Origin: a virus
Taxonomy: Duplodnaviria > Caudoviricetes
Reading direction: 5' to 3' (one strand)
DNA: 60,833 nucleotides
IMG/VR virus record: IMGVR_UViG_3300025096_003142
Span: 1-60,833 of that record
The position numbers and the translations under genes were made by a program. Shown here piece after piece: positions 48,972 through 58,735 of this stretch (the stretch's first letter is position 1; every line of letters begins with the position of its first letter). Below the pieces are notes generated by a model. The model was not told the origin of the DNA and searched no databases. It saw only the letters and a program-made list of their open reading frames with translations.

Positions 48972-49600
48972 TGTAGTTCCTTTATACCTTGTTTATATTC
49001 TTCTTCGTTCATTATCATATAATGTGCGTTTTGCCCTTTAAGGAATGATAACATATTTAAGTTCGTTTTGTGTATTTTTATAGTTGGCAAAAATGCTTTT
49101 AATCTTTTTTCAAGAGTATCTATATTAATGGGATCATAGCATGCCCAACCATTTGCATTACAATGAACTTCTATATTTTGTATATTATGATCTGCTATAA
49201 ATCTTAATGATTCCCATACTGATCCTTCTGCACACTCTCCGTCACTTATTGTCACATATACTTTTCTTTTCGGATTTGCTAATGCCCTTCCGACGGCTAT
49301 TATTATACCAGAACCTAAACTACCCGTTGAACAATATATGTGATTTTCTTCTTCTCTATTTGGATGTCCGCCATGTCTTGTCGCTAAATCATCAGCATCT
49401 ATATGGTCATAGTAGTATTCTAAAATAGTATATAATGCATATGCAGCATGGCCATTTGATATTATAACAATATCATCTTCTTTTTTCTTTTCAAATATTT
49501 CGCACAATATATCAACCATGGTAAAGCAGCTGCCTACGTGCTCTTCTTTGTGATCATATAATAATTTTAATAATCGTTTATTTATTTTACGTTTATTCAT
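48968..49600 (-). CDS. Transketolase N-terminal (TPP-binding) subunit
   Basis: HVGS, SNGHAA, GHP, TGSLGSG, SDGECAEGSVWE..N. Confidence 0.9.
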   Translation of the reverse strand: MNKRKINKRLLKLLYDHKEEHVGSCFTMVDILCEIFEKKKEDDIVIISNGHAAYALYTILEYYYDHIDADDLATRHGGHPNREEENHIYCSTGSLGSGIIIAVGRALANPKRKVYVTISDGECAEGSVWESLRFIADHNIQNIEVHCNANGWACYDPINIDTLEKRLKAFLPTIKIHKTNLNMLSFLKGQNAHYMIMNEEEYKQGIKELQ

Positions 49601-50294
49601 CTATATTTATCTCCAAATCTTTTGGCGTTCCTAAAATTAAATGTTTTGAATTTTTATCTATACCAATTTTCCCACCATCTTTAATTAAATAATTAAAAAC
49701 TGGACAAATATAAAATTCATTTTTAGTTCTATTATTATCTTTTATCATTTGTTTAGTATATTTAACAAAATCACTTCCTTTCCTATAATAATATAATCCG
49801 CCTACTGCGTAGTTACTAATAACTTCTTTTTCAGCTGCATTTGTCACATACCCGTTATTATCTAATGTAACATAACTATGAGCTGGACTATCTGAATTAA
49901 ATACTACAACCATGGCATCATATTTTTTATCAATTTGATTTGAATCAAATTGAGGCTCGAAATAACAATCTGGAGTAAATATTACTAATTCATTGTTATT
50001 ATCTATATATTCTGCAACTAACATGCATGTACATACAGCTCCTTCTGTTGTATAGTCTATTGAAGTAATATGAATATTATCTCCGAATTTGTCTTTTAAT
50101 ATTATATCTATATTAAATTGATCAATATGTTCCTGTCTTACAATAAAAAATAAATTGCAATTATCAGTATTTAACGATTTTAGAGCTTTTTCTATAAGAT
50201 ACTGCCCGTTAAAATCAATTAGTGGTTTTGGCTTTTCATATCCACTATCTATAAATCGTTGGCCTAGGCCGGCAATTGGTAAAACTACATTCAT
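49593..50294 (-). CDS. Sugar-phosphate nucleotidyltransferase-like (GT-A fold)
   Basis: PIAGLGQRF..KPKPLI, TEGA, AEK, EFYICP, LGTP.DL. Confidence 0.85.
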   Translation of the reverse strand: MNVVLPIAGLGQRFIDSGYEKPKPLIDFNGQYLIEKALKSLNTDNCNLFFIVRQEHIDQFNIDIILKDKFGDNIHITSIDYTTEGAVCTCMLVAEYIDNNNELVIFTPDCYFEPQFDSNQIDKKYDAMVVVFNSDSPAHSYVTLDNNGYVTNAAEKEVISNYAVGGLYYYRKGSDFVKYTKQMIKDNNRTKNEFYICPVFNYLIKDGGKIGIDKNSKHLILGTPKDLEINIDE

Positions 50295-51010
50295 TATTTG
50301 GACTTCTTTTTTTTTGTTGTTTCATTTTCTAATTTTCTCTGTTGTAATATATACGTTGTATTTGAATGTGCATATTCAATACATATTTTTATATCTTGAT
50401 CATTTAGATGTTTATACATAAAACTAGCGGCAAATATATCACCAGCCCCTAATACGTTTACATTTTCTAATATCTCATTTTTTACTAAAACTGATTCTTT
50501 ACCATTAGATGAATAGCTGCCTTCTGGATAATGTAGTATAACCCACCCTTTAACTAGTTTAGCTAGTTCATCTATATCCATAAATAGATCTTCATCAGAA
50601 ATAAATAAAAAATCTATTATAGATAATAATTCTAGATTTTTTATTTTTCCGGATGTTATATCTGCAGAAATAATACCCTCTTCAATGTTATTAACAAATG
50701 AAACATTATCTAACTGATTTATATACATTAGATGATGCCATTTTGATTTTGATACATTAATAGTATTTGTTGTATGCAAATTTAACTGGCCTCTGCCTAC
50801 CCTGTTCATATTTTTTTTATCAACTAAAATAATAGCTTCGCCTATAGCTGTTGGTTTTAGATCGATAGATAGAGAAGAATCTGTTGATATTAATGCATCC
50901 CAGACATTTCCCATTGCACCTATAGTTTTATGATTAGTAAATTCAGAAAATATTTTATCAATCGTTATATGTCCATATAATGCTATATCATATTTTTGAA
51001 AACTTGGCAT
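50294..51010 (-). CDS. PfkB/ribokinase-family sugar kinase
   Basis: GHITID; NVLGAGDIFAASF. Confidence 0.82.
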   Translation of the reverse strand: MPSFQKYDIALYGHITIDKIFSEFTNHKTIGAMGNVWDALISTDSSLSIDLKPTAIGEAIILVDKKNMNRVGRGQLNLHTTNTINVSKSKWHHLMYINQLDNVSFVNNIEEGIISADITSGKIKNLELLSIIDFLFISDEDLFMDIDELAKLVKGWVILHYPEGSYSSNGKESVLVKNEILENVNVLGAGDIFAASFMYKHLNDQDIKICIEYAHSNTTYILQQRKLENETTKKKKSK

Positions 51011-51594
51011 TAATTTCCTTGATTATTAATTAATAAATTATCTATTTGATCTTGTTGTAAATATTTACTATATACATGCTTCCAAGAATAATAACCTAAT
51101 ATATGTTTGTAGACATTTTTTGATAATACCGTATGCTTATTTATATCAATTGATCCTACATCGATTATTCTGAAATCACTTAAGTCATTATTTACTAATA
51201 TATTATTTGCAGCTCTGTCATTAAAAGCTAGACCCGTTGCTTCAGTAAATTTATCATATTCCGAACATATGTCTGAGTATAATTTTTTTGCTTTTTCTAT
51301 ATCATTTAAAAGAGTCATATATCTATTAGCAATTAACTCACACATAGACTCATCATAAAATATTTTATTTTGATGTGTTATTAATAAAGGATACCATGAA
51401 TTATAATATTTAGTTGTAATAGAATTTTGTGTTATTTCTAAAATTTCGATTATTTTGTTATTATCATTAGAATAATCAATAATATCATTTCTTTTATTAT
51501 ATAATTCATTTGTATTGGAAATATTTCTATTAAGATTTATTATGAATTTATCTCCACTTATTTGATAAGTACCTTTTTTACTAACATATTCCAT
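51010..51594 (-). CDS. Protein-kinase-like (APH/Kdo-kinase fold) small protein
   Basis: FNDRAANNILV...RIIDVG resembles the catalytic-loop and DFG motifs. Confidence 0.55.
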   Translation of the reverse strand: MEYVSKKGTYQISGDKFIINLNRNISNTNELYNKRNDIIDYSNDNNKIIEILEITQNSITTKYYNSWYPLLITHQNKIFYDESMCELIANRYMTLLNDIEKAKKLYSDICSEYDKFTEATGLAFNDRAANNILVNNDLSDFRIIDVGSIDINKHTVLSKNVYKHILGYYSWKHVYSKYLQQDQIDNLLINNQGN

Positions 51595-51791
51595 TAATTT
51601 TTCCCTTTAATTTTTGTGTAAGATTCTTTTATAGCTTCGTAGAATATATTATATTCAGGTCTCCACATATCTAATCTTATATTCTTAATATGAATATGTA
51701 TTTGGCCGTTTGCGTTATCTTCGATAATTAAATTTTCATAATTAGAATCTGTATCTACATCGCCAAGAATTTTTTTAATAATATGTCCCAT
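51594..51791 (-). CDS. small protein, IEDN/IHIH paralog 1
   Basis: MGHIIKK..LIIEDN..IHIH..NIRL. Confidence 0.7.
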   Translation of the reverse strand: MGHIIKKILGDVDTDSNYENLIIEDNANGQIHIHIKNIRLDMWRPEYNIFYEAIKESYTKIKGKN

Positions 51792-51792
51792 T

Positions 51793-52005
51793 TTATCTTT
51801 TTCCTCCGTTTATAATTCCAATACAGAATTTTTTAAACTCTTTATATGTAAAATGTAACCGTATATTACATCTTCCTGGAGCTCCTAATCCTAAATGTAT
51901 ATGTATAGGTAGATCATCTCCAATATTATCTTCAATTATAATTAAACTATCTTTTTCTGGAAAGTCTATTTTTCCTTCATATAATTTTTTAGTTATTATT
52001 CCCAT
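51793..52005 (-). CDS. small protein, IEDN/IHIH paralog 2
   Basis: MGIITKK..IIIEDN..IHIH..NIRL. Confidence 0.7.
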   Translation of the reverse strand: MGIITKKLYEGKIDFPEKDSLIIIEDNIGDDLPIHIHLGLGAPGRCNIRLHFTYKEFKKFCIGIINGGKR

Positions 52006-52685
52006 TACAACCGGTCTATAATATTATTTATTTGTTTTAAACTGCCATTTAATAAATGATTAACTATATCTGTAGCTTCTGGTAGTACCATTTCTATACA
52101 TTTAGTTAACTCCGGTATATCTGCTATCTTCGCTAATTCATTAACTCTTTTTGCGTGTTTATCTTTCCATTGTCTATTTTTATCTAATGTATTTCGTAAT
52201 GTTAATAGTGTCATATCACATTCGATACTTGGTATATAATATTTTATATTATCATGCTCATTGAGTCTTCTAGTATCTAATACATAATCATTAAATTTTT
52301 TAGGAACCGTCCAATATGTACTAAAATTATTATAAGGACTTTTAAAGTATAATGAATTTTGAAGATCAATTCTAAAATACCCCAATCCTCGGTTACCATC
52401 AGGTAACCAGGTTTCTCGATGTAAAGATGTAAAGAATGGGTTTAATAACATTTCACACCATTCTGCAAATCCATAATTTGTTGGGCCGCAAATATTATTA
52501 TTTTCAACAAAATATTTTTTACATATATTTACAGTTTCTTGATAATGGTCATAGGACCCAAGCATATCAATATCTTTATCGGGCATTATTGGTAATTTTG
52601 AAAATCCTCTAAATATAACATATGGTATATTTTTTGTATGAATTTCATCTAAAAAATTAAAAAATATTTTACTGTGATTATTCAT
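52005..52685 (-). CDS. nucleotidyltransferase-fold protein
   Basis: YVIFRG..LP..DKDIDML; RIDL. Confidence 0.6.
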   Translation of the reverse strand: MNNHSKIFFNFLDEIHTKNIPYVIFRGFSKLPIMPDKDIDMLGSYDHYQETVNICKKYFVENNNICGPTNYGFAEWCEMLLNPFFTSLHRETWLPDGNRGLGYFRIDLQNSLYFKSPYNNFSTYWTVPKKFNDYVLDTRRLNEHDNIKYYIPSIECDMTLLTLRNTLDKNRQWKDKHAKRVNELAKIADIPELTKCIEMVLPEATDIVNHLLNGSLKQINNIIDRL

Positions 52686-53245
52686 TAACTCATTTCCTTA
52701 CTTGTTAACTCTTGCTTATCTAAATCAGCAACTGCTGTTTCTGATGCATCTGTTATCCATTTTTTATTAATAAATATATCATATAATTCAACTAACACTC
52801 CTTCTCCACCGTTTGATTTTAATGTATATAATGAATGCTCTTTAATAATATTGGGAGCATCAGATGGACAAAAAGTAATATCTAATTTTTTGAAAATCGA
52901 TAGATCAAAATAATCATCTCCTATAAAGGATATATTGCTAGGATCTACATTATATTTTTTAGAAAATATATCAACATATCTAGATTTGTCTAAACTTAGA
53001 TCTTCATTTCTTGAACAATAAAAATCTATATTTCTCTTATCAGCCATTGGTTTATTAAAAATATCTCCAGATAACATAATAACTTGTATACCTGATGCAA
53101 TAAATCTTTTTATAGCAGTAAAATCTTTACATAAAAATCGTTTACTTATTACATTATGATTTTTATCATAAACTTTTGTTCCATCAGTTAATACTCCATC
53201 TACATCTAATATAAGTAACTTTGGTAAATTTATTTTTTGTATCAT
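52685..53245 (-). CDS. KdsC-family HAD phosphatase (KDO-8-P/KDN-9-P phosphatase-like)
   Basis: LDVDGVLTDG, LSG, K, IGDDYFD, PSDA, GGEG..E. Confidence 0.88.
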   Translation of the reverse strand: MIQKINLPKLLILDVDGVLTDGTKVYDKNHNVISKRFLCKDFTAIKRFIASGIQVIMLSGDIFNKPMADKRNIDFYCSRNEDLSLDKSRYVDIFSKKYNVDPSNISFIGDDYFDLSIFKKLDITFCPSDAPNIIKEHSLYTLKSNGGEGVLVELYDIFINKKWITDASETAVADLDKQELTSKEMS

Positions 53246-53250
53246 TTTAA

Positions 53251-54192
53251 TTAAAATTTATCTATTATTTCATCAATAACATCATAAGTTGAATATGTTA
53301 TTTTAAAATTAAATAATTGCTCAGCTTTTTTTGTATTAGCAAATCGAACTAATATCTCTTTATAATCACCAAAAATTTCGGTCCTAGGTTTAAATATAAT
53401 TTTAGATTTTGAATTAGTTTTTTTAACTATATATTCTGCTACTTCTTTAACTGTTGTTTGTTGATCTGTTCCTAAATTAATAATTTCATTATTACATTTA
53501 TCAAAATTATCCATAACTTGTTTTAATCCTATTGCTATATCAATTGCATGAGATATAGCACGTGTCTGCAAACCATCTCCATGTATAATTATATCTTTAT
53601 TTAAAAGTGCATTGTTAATAAATAACGGAACATGCCCCCCAGACCATGTTTTACTGGCACGATATGATGAGCAACCAAATATTCTAACTACAACTGCTTT
53701 TAATGTAGATTGTTGTAGTTCATTAAATATATGTTGCTCTCCATATAGTTTAGATAAAGCATATGAATATCTTTCATTAGTAGGAGGACCTATTGTAATT
53801 GGCTCCTTTTCATCAAAATTTTCTGAATTTCCATATACATCGGATGTAGATGTAAAAATTAATTTACTTCCGCATTTCTTAGCTTCCTTAACTACAGATT
53901 TAATCATCTCATAATTATCATCTAACACAACAGAAGAATTAATAGATTGATTTACTGGTTTTTTTAATGACGCTAAATGAAATATAACATCATATTTTTC
54001 TTTCCATAATGATACAAATTGAACTTTAGTTACTTTAAAATTAAAATTAATATTTTTTGCTGCAGCCATTAGATTAGAGCGATTGCCATGTGAAAAATCA
54101 TCTATACCGGTAACATGATGACCTTCAGCTAATAATATATCACATAAATGACTGCCAATTAATCCTGCAGCACCAGTAACTAGTATTTTCAT
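53251..54192 (-). CDS. NAD-dependent epimerase/dehydratase (UDP-GlcA decarboxylase-like)
   Basis: GAAGLIG, STSDVYG, YALSK, HGDGLQTR. Confidence 0.9.
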   Translation of the reverse strand: MKILVTGAAGLIGSHLCDILLAEGHHVTGIDDFSHGNRSNLMAAAKNINFNFKVTKVQFVSLWKEKYDVIFHLASLKKPVNQSINSSVVLDDNYEMIKSVVKEAKKCGSKLIFTSTSDVYGNSENFDEKEPITIGPPTNERYSYALSKLYGEQHIFNELQQSTLKAVVVRIFGCSSYRASKTWSGGHVPLFINNALLNKDIIIHGDGLQTRAISHAIDIAIGLKQVMDNFDKCNNEIINLGTDQQTTVKEVAEYIVKKTNSKSKIIFKPRTEIFGDYKEILVRFANTKKAEQLFNFKITYSTYDVIDEIIDKF

Positions 54193-54209
54193 AAATTATA
54201 TTTAATATA

Positions 54210-55259
54210 TTATATAATATTTAATTTATTAGAATTATCCAAATGGTATTGATTAATTATATCAACAATTCTTTTTGATGTATTACCATCCCAAATATTT
54301 GGCTTTTTAAAATTAGTTCGAATAAAATTATCAGAATTAATTTGATCAATATCAATTAATTTATTTCCTAATGTTAGTGTAATTAAATGTTCAGTTGTCG
54401 GACGTAATGTTAGTAATGGTATATTTAAAAACGCACATTCGCACTGAACTCCTCCTGAATCAGATATAACTCCGTTGCTATGTTTTATACAATTTATAAA
54501 ATCTAAATAACCTAATGGATCAATTAATTTTATGTTTGAATATGTATTAGTTATATTATTTTTTAATCTAGGATGAGCCGGAATGATTACTTGTTTATTT
54601 AGATTATTTAATTTAGTCAAAATATTATGTAATGTTTTTTTACAGTCGACGTTAAAGGGACGGTGTAAAGTACATAGATAATAATCTGTATACTTATCAT
54701 TTTTTGGTAACATATCAACTACATCGTGAAGTGTATCGATAGCAGTATTACCTACTAATTTTATTTTAGTTTTATCAACATTATTTGATAATAAATTATT
54801 ATATGCACTCGGTTCAGTACAAAATAATAAGTCAGAAATACTATCTACTAATATTCGATTAATTTCTTCTGGCATTGAATTATCAAAACTTCTACAACCA
54901 GACTCAATATGAAAAATAGGTATATTTAATTTACTTGCAGCGAGAGCTCCAGCTAAAGTAGAATTAACATCACCATAGACTATTAAATAATCTGGTTGTT
55001 CTTTTGTTAATACAGATTCTATTTTAATCATTGAGTTTCCTGTTTGTTCTGCGTGACTACCAGATTTAACGCCTAAATGATATGTAGGCTCTGGAATATC
55101 TAATTCTTGAAAAAATATTTTAGACATTTTATAATCATAATGTTGATTTGTATGAATTATAATATTTTTACAATTATGTTGTTCTAATTCTTTAATTACA
55201 GGTGATGCTTTTATAAAATTAGGACGAGCTGCTAGTATGTGTGCGCATTTATAAGTCAT
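54210..55259 (-). CDS. wecB: UDP-N-acetylglucosamine 2-epimerase (non-hydrolysing type)
   Basis: ARPNFIK, HTNQHYD, GDVNST, HIESGCRS, PEEINR, DSGGVQ.E. Confidence 0.92.
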   Translation of the reverse strand: MTYKCAHILAARPNFIKASPVIKELEQHNCKNIIIHTNQHYDYKMSKIFFQELDIPEPTYHLGVKSGSHAEQTGNSMIKIESVLTKEQPDYLIVYGDVNSTLAGALAASKLNIPIFHIESGCRSFDNSMPEEINRILVDSISDLLFCTEPSAYNNLLSNNVDKTKIKLVGNTAIDTLHDVVDMLPKNDKYTDYYLCTLHRPFNVDCKKTLHNILTKLNNLNKQVIIPAHPRLKNNITNTYSNIKLIDPLGYLDFINCIKHSNGVISDSGGVQCECAFLNIPLLTLRPTTEHLITLTLGNKLIDIDQINSDNFIRTNFKKPNIWDGNTSKRIVDIINQYHLDNSNKLNII

Positions 55260-56214
55260 ATGTTCGTAATGGACCTTTAGTTGTTACATCATGATTAAAA
55301 TATTCATAAATTAATGTGCCTTTATAATTTTCTTTGATTGGTTCGAATGTACTAAATACATTTTCATATTCCCACCCCCATCTAGATTTCCATGCATTAA
55401 AATTAGAATATTTACCAAAATGATATTCATTACCTTTTTTAGCACTAAGTGCTGAATTAGCATCTATATTATATTTTAATTTTACTTCTTGTTGATTTAA
55501 ACAATATAGATGTGGTAAAACTACTAATGGATAATTATTATAATTTAATTGCATAGCTACATCAGGAAACCATAAATGAAATTGATAGTCGGTTGTTGGA
55601 ATAACATGTTTGTTCCAAATTTTTACATTTATCCCTATACACATCCATGCTGGAAATTCAATACAAAATGGTTTATTCCATTTATCAGGATTATTTACAG
55701 CTGTATTATTGTGTTTCGGACTAATCCATCGTTTTGTTGGCGATTTTATTCCTAAATGTGATAATCCTATCATACCTAATGGGGTTTCATTGTTTAAATA
55801 TTTTTGATAAAAATCATAACAATATTTACCTTTGTCTAAAACATTAAAACCTATAGCACCAAATTTATCTAAAGAATCTTTAGAAATTAATTTGTTTATT
55901 TGACTAAAAAAGTCTGTTGTTAAAGGAATAACATCATGTTGAAAACATATAATATATTTACAATTAGGTCTATTTTTATTTATCCAATCTATAAGAGTTT
56001 GCGTAGCCATTTGAACTCCAGTAGATTTATTTTCTAAAAAAACAATATTATGTTGATTACAAATAGATTTACCTTTTTGCAATTCTTGACTGCAAGAACC
56101 GTCGTCAACATTTATAAATTCAAACCCGTCAAAATTTATATGTTTAAGAACCTCTCCTTGTAACATATCGTAATTGTTCCTAGAAGAAACGTATATAATT
56201 ATATTATCTTTCAT
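55249..56214 (-). CDS. Glycosyltransferase family 2
   Basis: NVDDGS, FQHD. Confidence 0.72.
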   Translation of the reverse strand: MKDNIIIYVSSRNNYDMLQGEVLKHINFDGFEFINVDDGSCSQELQKGKSICNQHNIVFLENKSTGVQMATQTLIDWINKNRPNCKYIICFQHDVIPLTTDFFSQINKLISKDSLDKFGAIGFNVLDKGKYCYDFYQKYLNNETPLGMIGLSHLGIKSPTKRWISPKHNNTAVNNPDKWNKPFCIEFPAWMCIGINVKIWNKHVIPTTDYQFHLWFPDVAMQLNYNNYPLVVLPHLYCLNQQEVKLKYNIDANSALSAKKGNEYHFGKYSNFNAWKSRWGWEYENVFSTFEPIKENYKGTLIYEYFNHDVTTKGPLRTYDL

Positions 56215-57230
56215 AAAAACTTTTTAATATTATTTAACATGATTTTAGTCGAATTAAAATCAATTCCTCCTTCAATTGTATTTTTAATAAAATCATGTTT
56301 TGTTTCATAATTATCTATATATGTTATTATATCATCTGTTAAATTAAAAACTCCATCATAATCATGAAATGCTCCAATTTGTCCAGAATTTTTAATAATA
56401 ACAGTAGGTATGCCTAATTGTATTGATTTAAATGTTAATGTAGATGGCGCAGATATTACAAATTTACTTTCTGCTACTAGTTTATTATCATTAATTGTAT
56501 CTACTATAATTTTATATTTTAATGTTTTTGGTAATATAGAACGTAAATATTTAACATTACGATTATAATCTAATTCGTCTGCCCTACTTTTTAATTTAAT
56601 TGCAATTGGTAAATTATATATATTTTGTAATTTTTTTAAATTAAGTTCTTTTATAAATTTGTCATTAAATACTATAGGAAATGGGCTTTTGCGATTTCCT
56701 AAAAAATTTACAATAATTAATATATGTTTTTTCTCTAAATTTTGATATAGTTTTAATATATCATTTGATGGAATTCCACCTAAAAGACAATGATCATATA
56801 ATTTTTCTGTTTTTCCAAAAACAAAACATTTGTCAAATGATATTTTATGTGATTTTTTTACGTGCCATGTTTTATCTAAATTCCAATTACCATGACTACA
56901 TGCAATCAATGGACATGATTTTAATAAATAAATGTCCATTAAATTAGTTTTTTGAGAATCGCGATTATCATCACTTATTATTAAATCATATTTTTTAAAA
57001 TTAATTTTTTTAATCGATCTATTTCCATTATATTTATTATCAAAATAATGTAAGTATGTTTTATCGAAATAGTTTCGTAAATCATAGTCTCCTACCCATC
57101 TATGTCTAGTAGAATCCATTTGATATACTTTTAATAAATCAAGTTTATAATCTTTAGATAAAAAAGGAATTATAGGATATATTCGTTCACCTGTTCGATA
57201 TTGGGATGTTATAAATAATATTCGTTTCAT
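56211..57230 (-). CDS. GT-B-like transferase (possible sialyl/ulosonyl- or glycerophospho-transferase)
   Basis: SHG, GGIP..D, IKLK, VIS.PSTL.F.SIQLGIPTV. Confidence 0.55.
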   Translation of the reverse strand: MKRILFITSQYRTGERIYPIIPFLSKDYKLDLLKVYQMDSTRHRWVGDYDLRNYFDKTYLHYFDNKYNGNRSIKKINFKKYDLIISDDNRDSQKTNLMDIYLLKSCPLIACSHGNWNLDKTWHVKKSHKISFDKCFVFGKTEKLYDHCLLGGIPSNDILKLYQNLEKKHILIIVNFLGNRKSPFPIVFNDKFIKELNLKKLQNIYNLPIAIKLKSRADELDYNRNVKYLRSILPKTLKYKIIVDTINDNKLVAESKFVISAPSTLTFKSIQLGIPTVIIKNSGQIGAFHDYDGVFNLTDDIITYIDNYETKHDFIKNTIEGGIDFNSTKIMLNNIKKFL

Positions 57231-57892
57231 TTGTGATTCTTTATATCAAAATACTGATTGTGTCTAATATCATCATGAATATACTCAAAATCAAAATTAT
57301 TTTTCCAAGCTGAATAATTAAAACTAAGTTGGTCTCTTTTAGAACCATATTTAATTTCAGTCCACCAATCTTCCATTACTTTGATTACTGATGTATTATT
57401 ATGCGCACGGTATAATATACCACTTGACAGTAAACCATTGTCTTTCGGATACCCTTTACTAAGATATCGGTTCATTTGTTCTTTGATAATATATGGATTA
57501 TCCTTAAATTGTTTTCCGGGGACTTGGCCTAATGCAAATATTGCATTTGCTTCTTCATATATACAATTTCTTTTATCATAACATTTGGTATGATCATATA
57601 CTTTCATCTTTATAGGTGTAATTTGTTCTAAGAACTCGCCAACTATTTGAAAGTTACCATCTTGCCAAATAGAATAATCATATTCAGGAAACCATCGATG
57701 AGGTAATATTTTATATTTTCTAGCAGTTCTCGTATTATCTTCATATAAAGGGAATATTTTACGAATTTCCCATATTTTGCTTTTAATATCTCTATCAGTA
57801 AAACATACAAAATCAACGCCAGGTGGTTTTACAAGTGGTTCGTTGAGAATATCATATCCTCCAATAATTGCTGTATATACTACTATTTTCAT
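57227..57892 (-). CDS. DUF616/TOD1-MUCI70-like glycosyltransferase
   Basis: VYTAIIGGYD, CFTD, KILPH, WQDG, RDQLSFNY. Confidence 0.85.
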   Translation of the reverse strand: MKIVVYTAIIGGYDILNEPLVKPPGVDFVCFTDRDIKSKIWEIRKIFPLYEDNTRTARKYKILPHRWFPEYDYSIWQDGNFQIVGEFLEQITPIKMKVYDHTKCYDKRNCIYEEANAIFALGQVPGKQFKDNPYIIKEQMNRYLSKGYPKDNGLLSSGILYRAHNNTSVIKVMEDWWTEIKYGSKRDQLSFNYSAWKNNFDFEYIHDDIRHNQYFDIKNHK

Positions 57893-58734
57893 AAATATAT
57901 TTCACTTTTTATATAATTAGATCCTAATTTTCCACGTGGAATAGTATATGTAGGAGCATAGTTTGCAATAGTATCATTAACACCAGTTTGATTTCCAATA
58001 TTAAATTTAGCTAACGATTTAATAAATAATTGAATTCGTATATTAATATATCTCATATCTAATGCTTTTTGGAAATTAAAACAATTATCTTGTTTAGATG
58101 TCCAATAAAACATAGGTAAATTATATTCATCTAATTTTTGTTGTATTAATTCTTGATTTTCATTATTATATCGATTGGAAATCAATAATGTACCAAATTC
58201 TCCTTTGCAATGATCATTAATTATATTTTTTGCAAATTGTTTTTCTTTTTCTGTCCAATATATTTCAGGTTCGATATCTTCAAAGTTATCAAATTGCCAA
58301 AAACGTAATATTTGTTCTAATAATGGCATATCTTCATCTCCATTATATATTCGATAATGATCGTTAAATATATCTCCATCAAATGAATCTATAAATCCAT
58401 CAACATATGGATTATTATCAAAAATAGTATGAACTACTTGAAATGGATCATTCCACGAAGACCAATTATTTTCTAAATGTGCAAACATTTGTCTTAATAA
58501 TTTTAGACTTGGAATCCATACTTTACAATTAGGATATTTTTCTTTTAATTTACGAGGCATTGCTGAAATAATACCCCAATCACCTAAACCAAAACATGTA
58601 CGTAAAATTATAAAATTTTCTTGTTGTAAATATTCATCTGGAATGTATGATGGAGATGAAGTAGGAAATCCTAATTGAGTAACGTCGCCGGCATTAAAAA
58701 GTTGATTATTATATGTTCTCCAAAATAGTGGCAT
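57889..58734 (-). CDS. GT9/heptosyltransferase-like protein
   Basis: GLGDW...PRKLKEKYP, NNPYVD, FNIGNQTG. Confidence 0.65.
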   Translation of the reverse strand: MPLFWRTYNNQLFNAGDVTQLGFPTSSPSYIPDEYLQQENFIILRTCFGLGDWGIISAMPRKLKEKYPNCKVWIPSLKLLRQMFAHLENNWSSWNDPFQVVHTIFDNNPYVDGFIDSFDGDIFNDHYRIYNGDEDMPLLEQILRFWQFDNFEDIEPEIYWTEKEKQFAKNIINDHCKGEFGTLLISNRYNNENQELIQQKLDEYNLPMFYWTSKQDNCFNFQKALDMRYINIRIQLFIKSLAKFNIGNQTGVNDTIANYAPTYTIPRGKLGSNYIKSEIYL

Positions 58735-58735
58735 A

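Noticed and set aside
48486-49600. Pentose-phosphate transketolase auxiliary metabolic gene
   Set aside because: The genes are split, lack the C-terminal domain and sit inside a sugar-nucleotide locus
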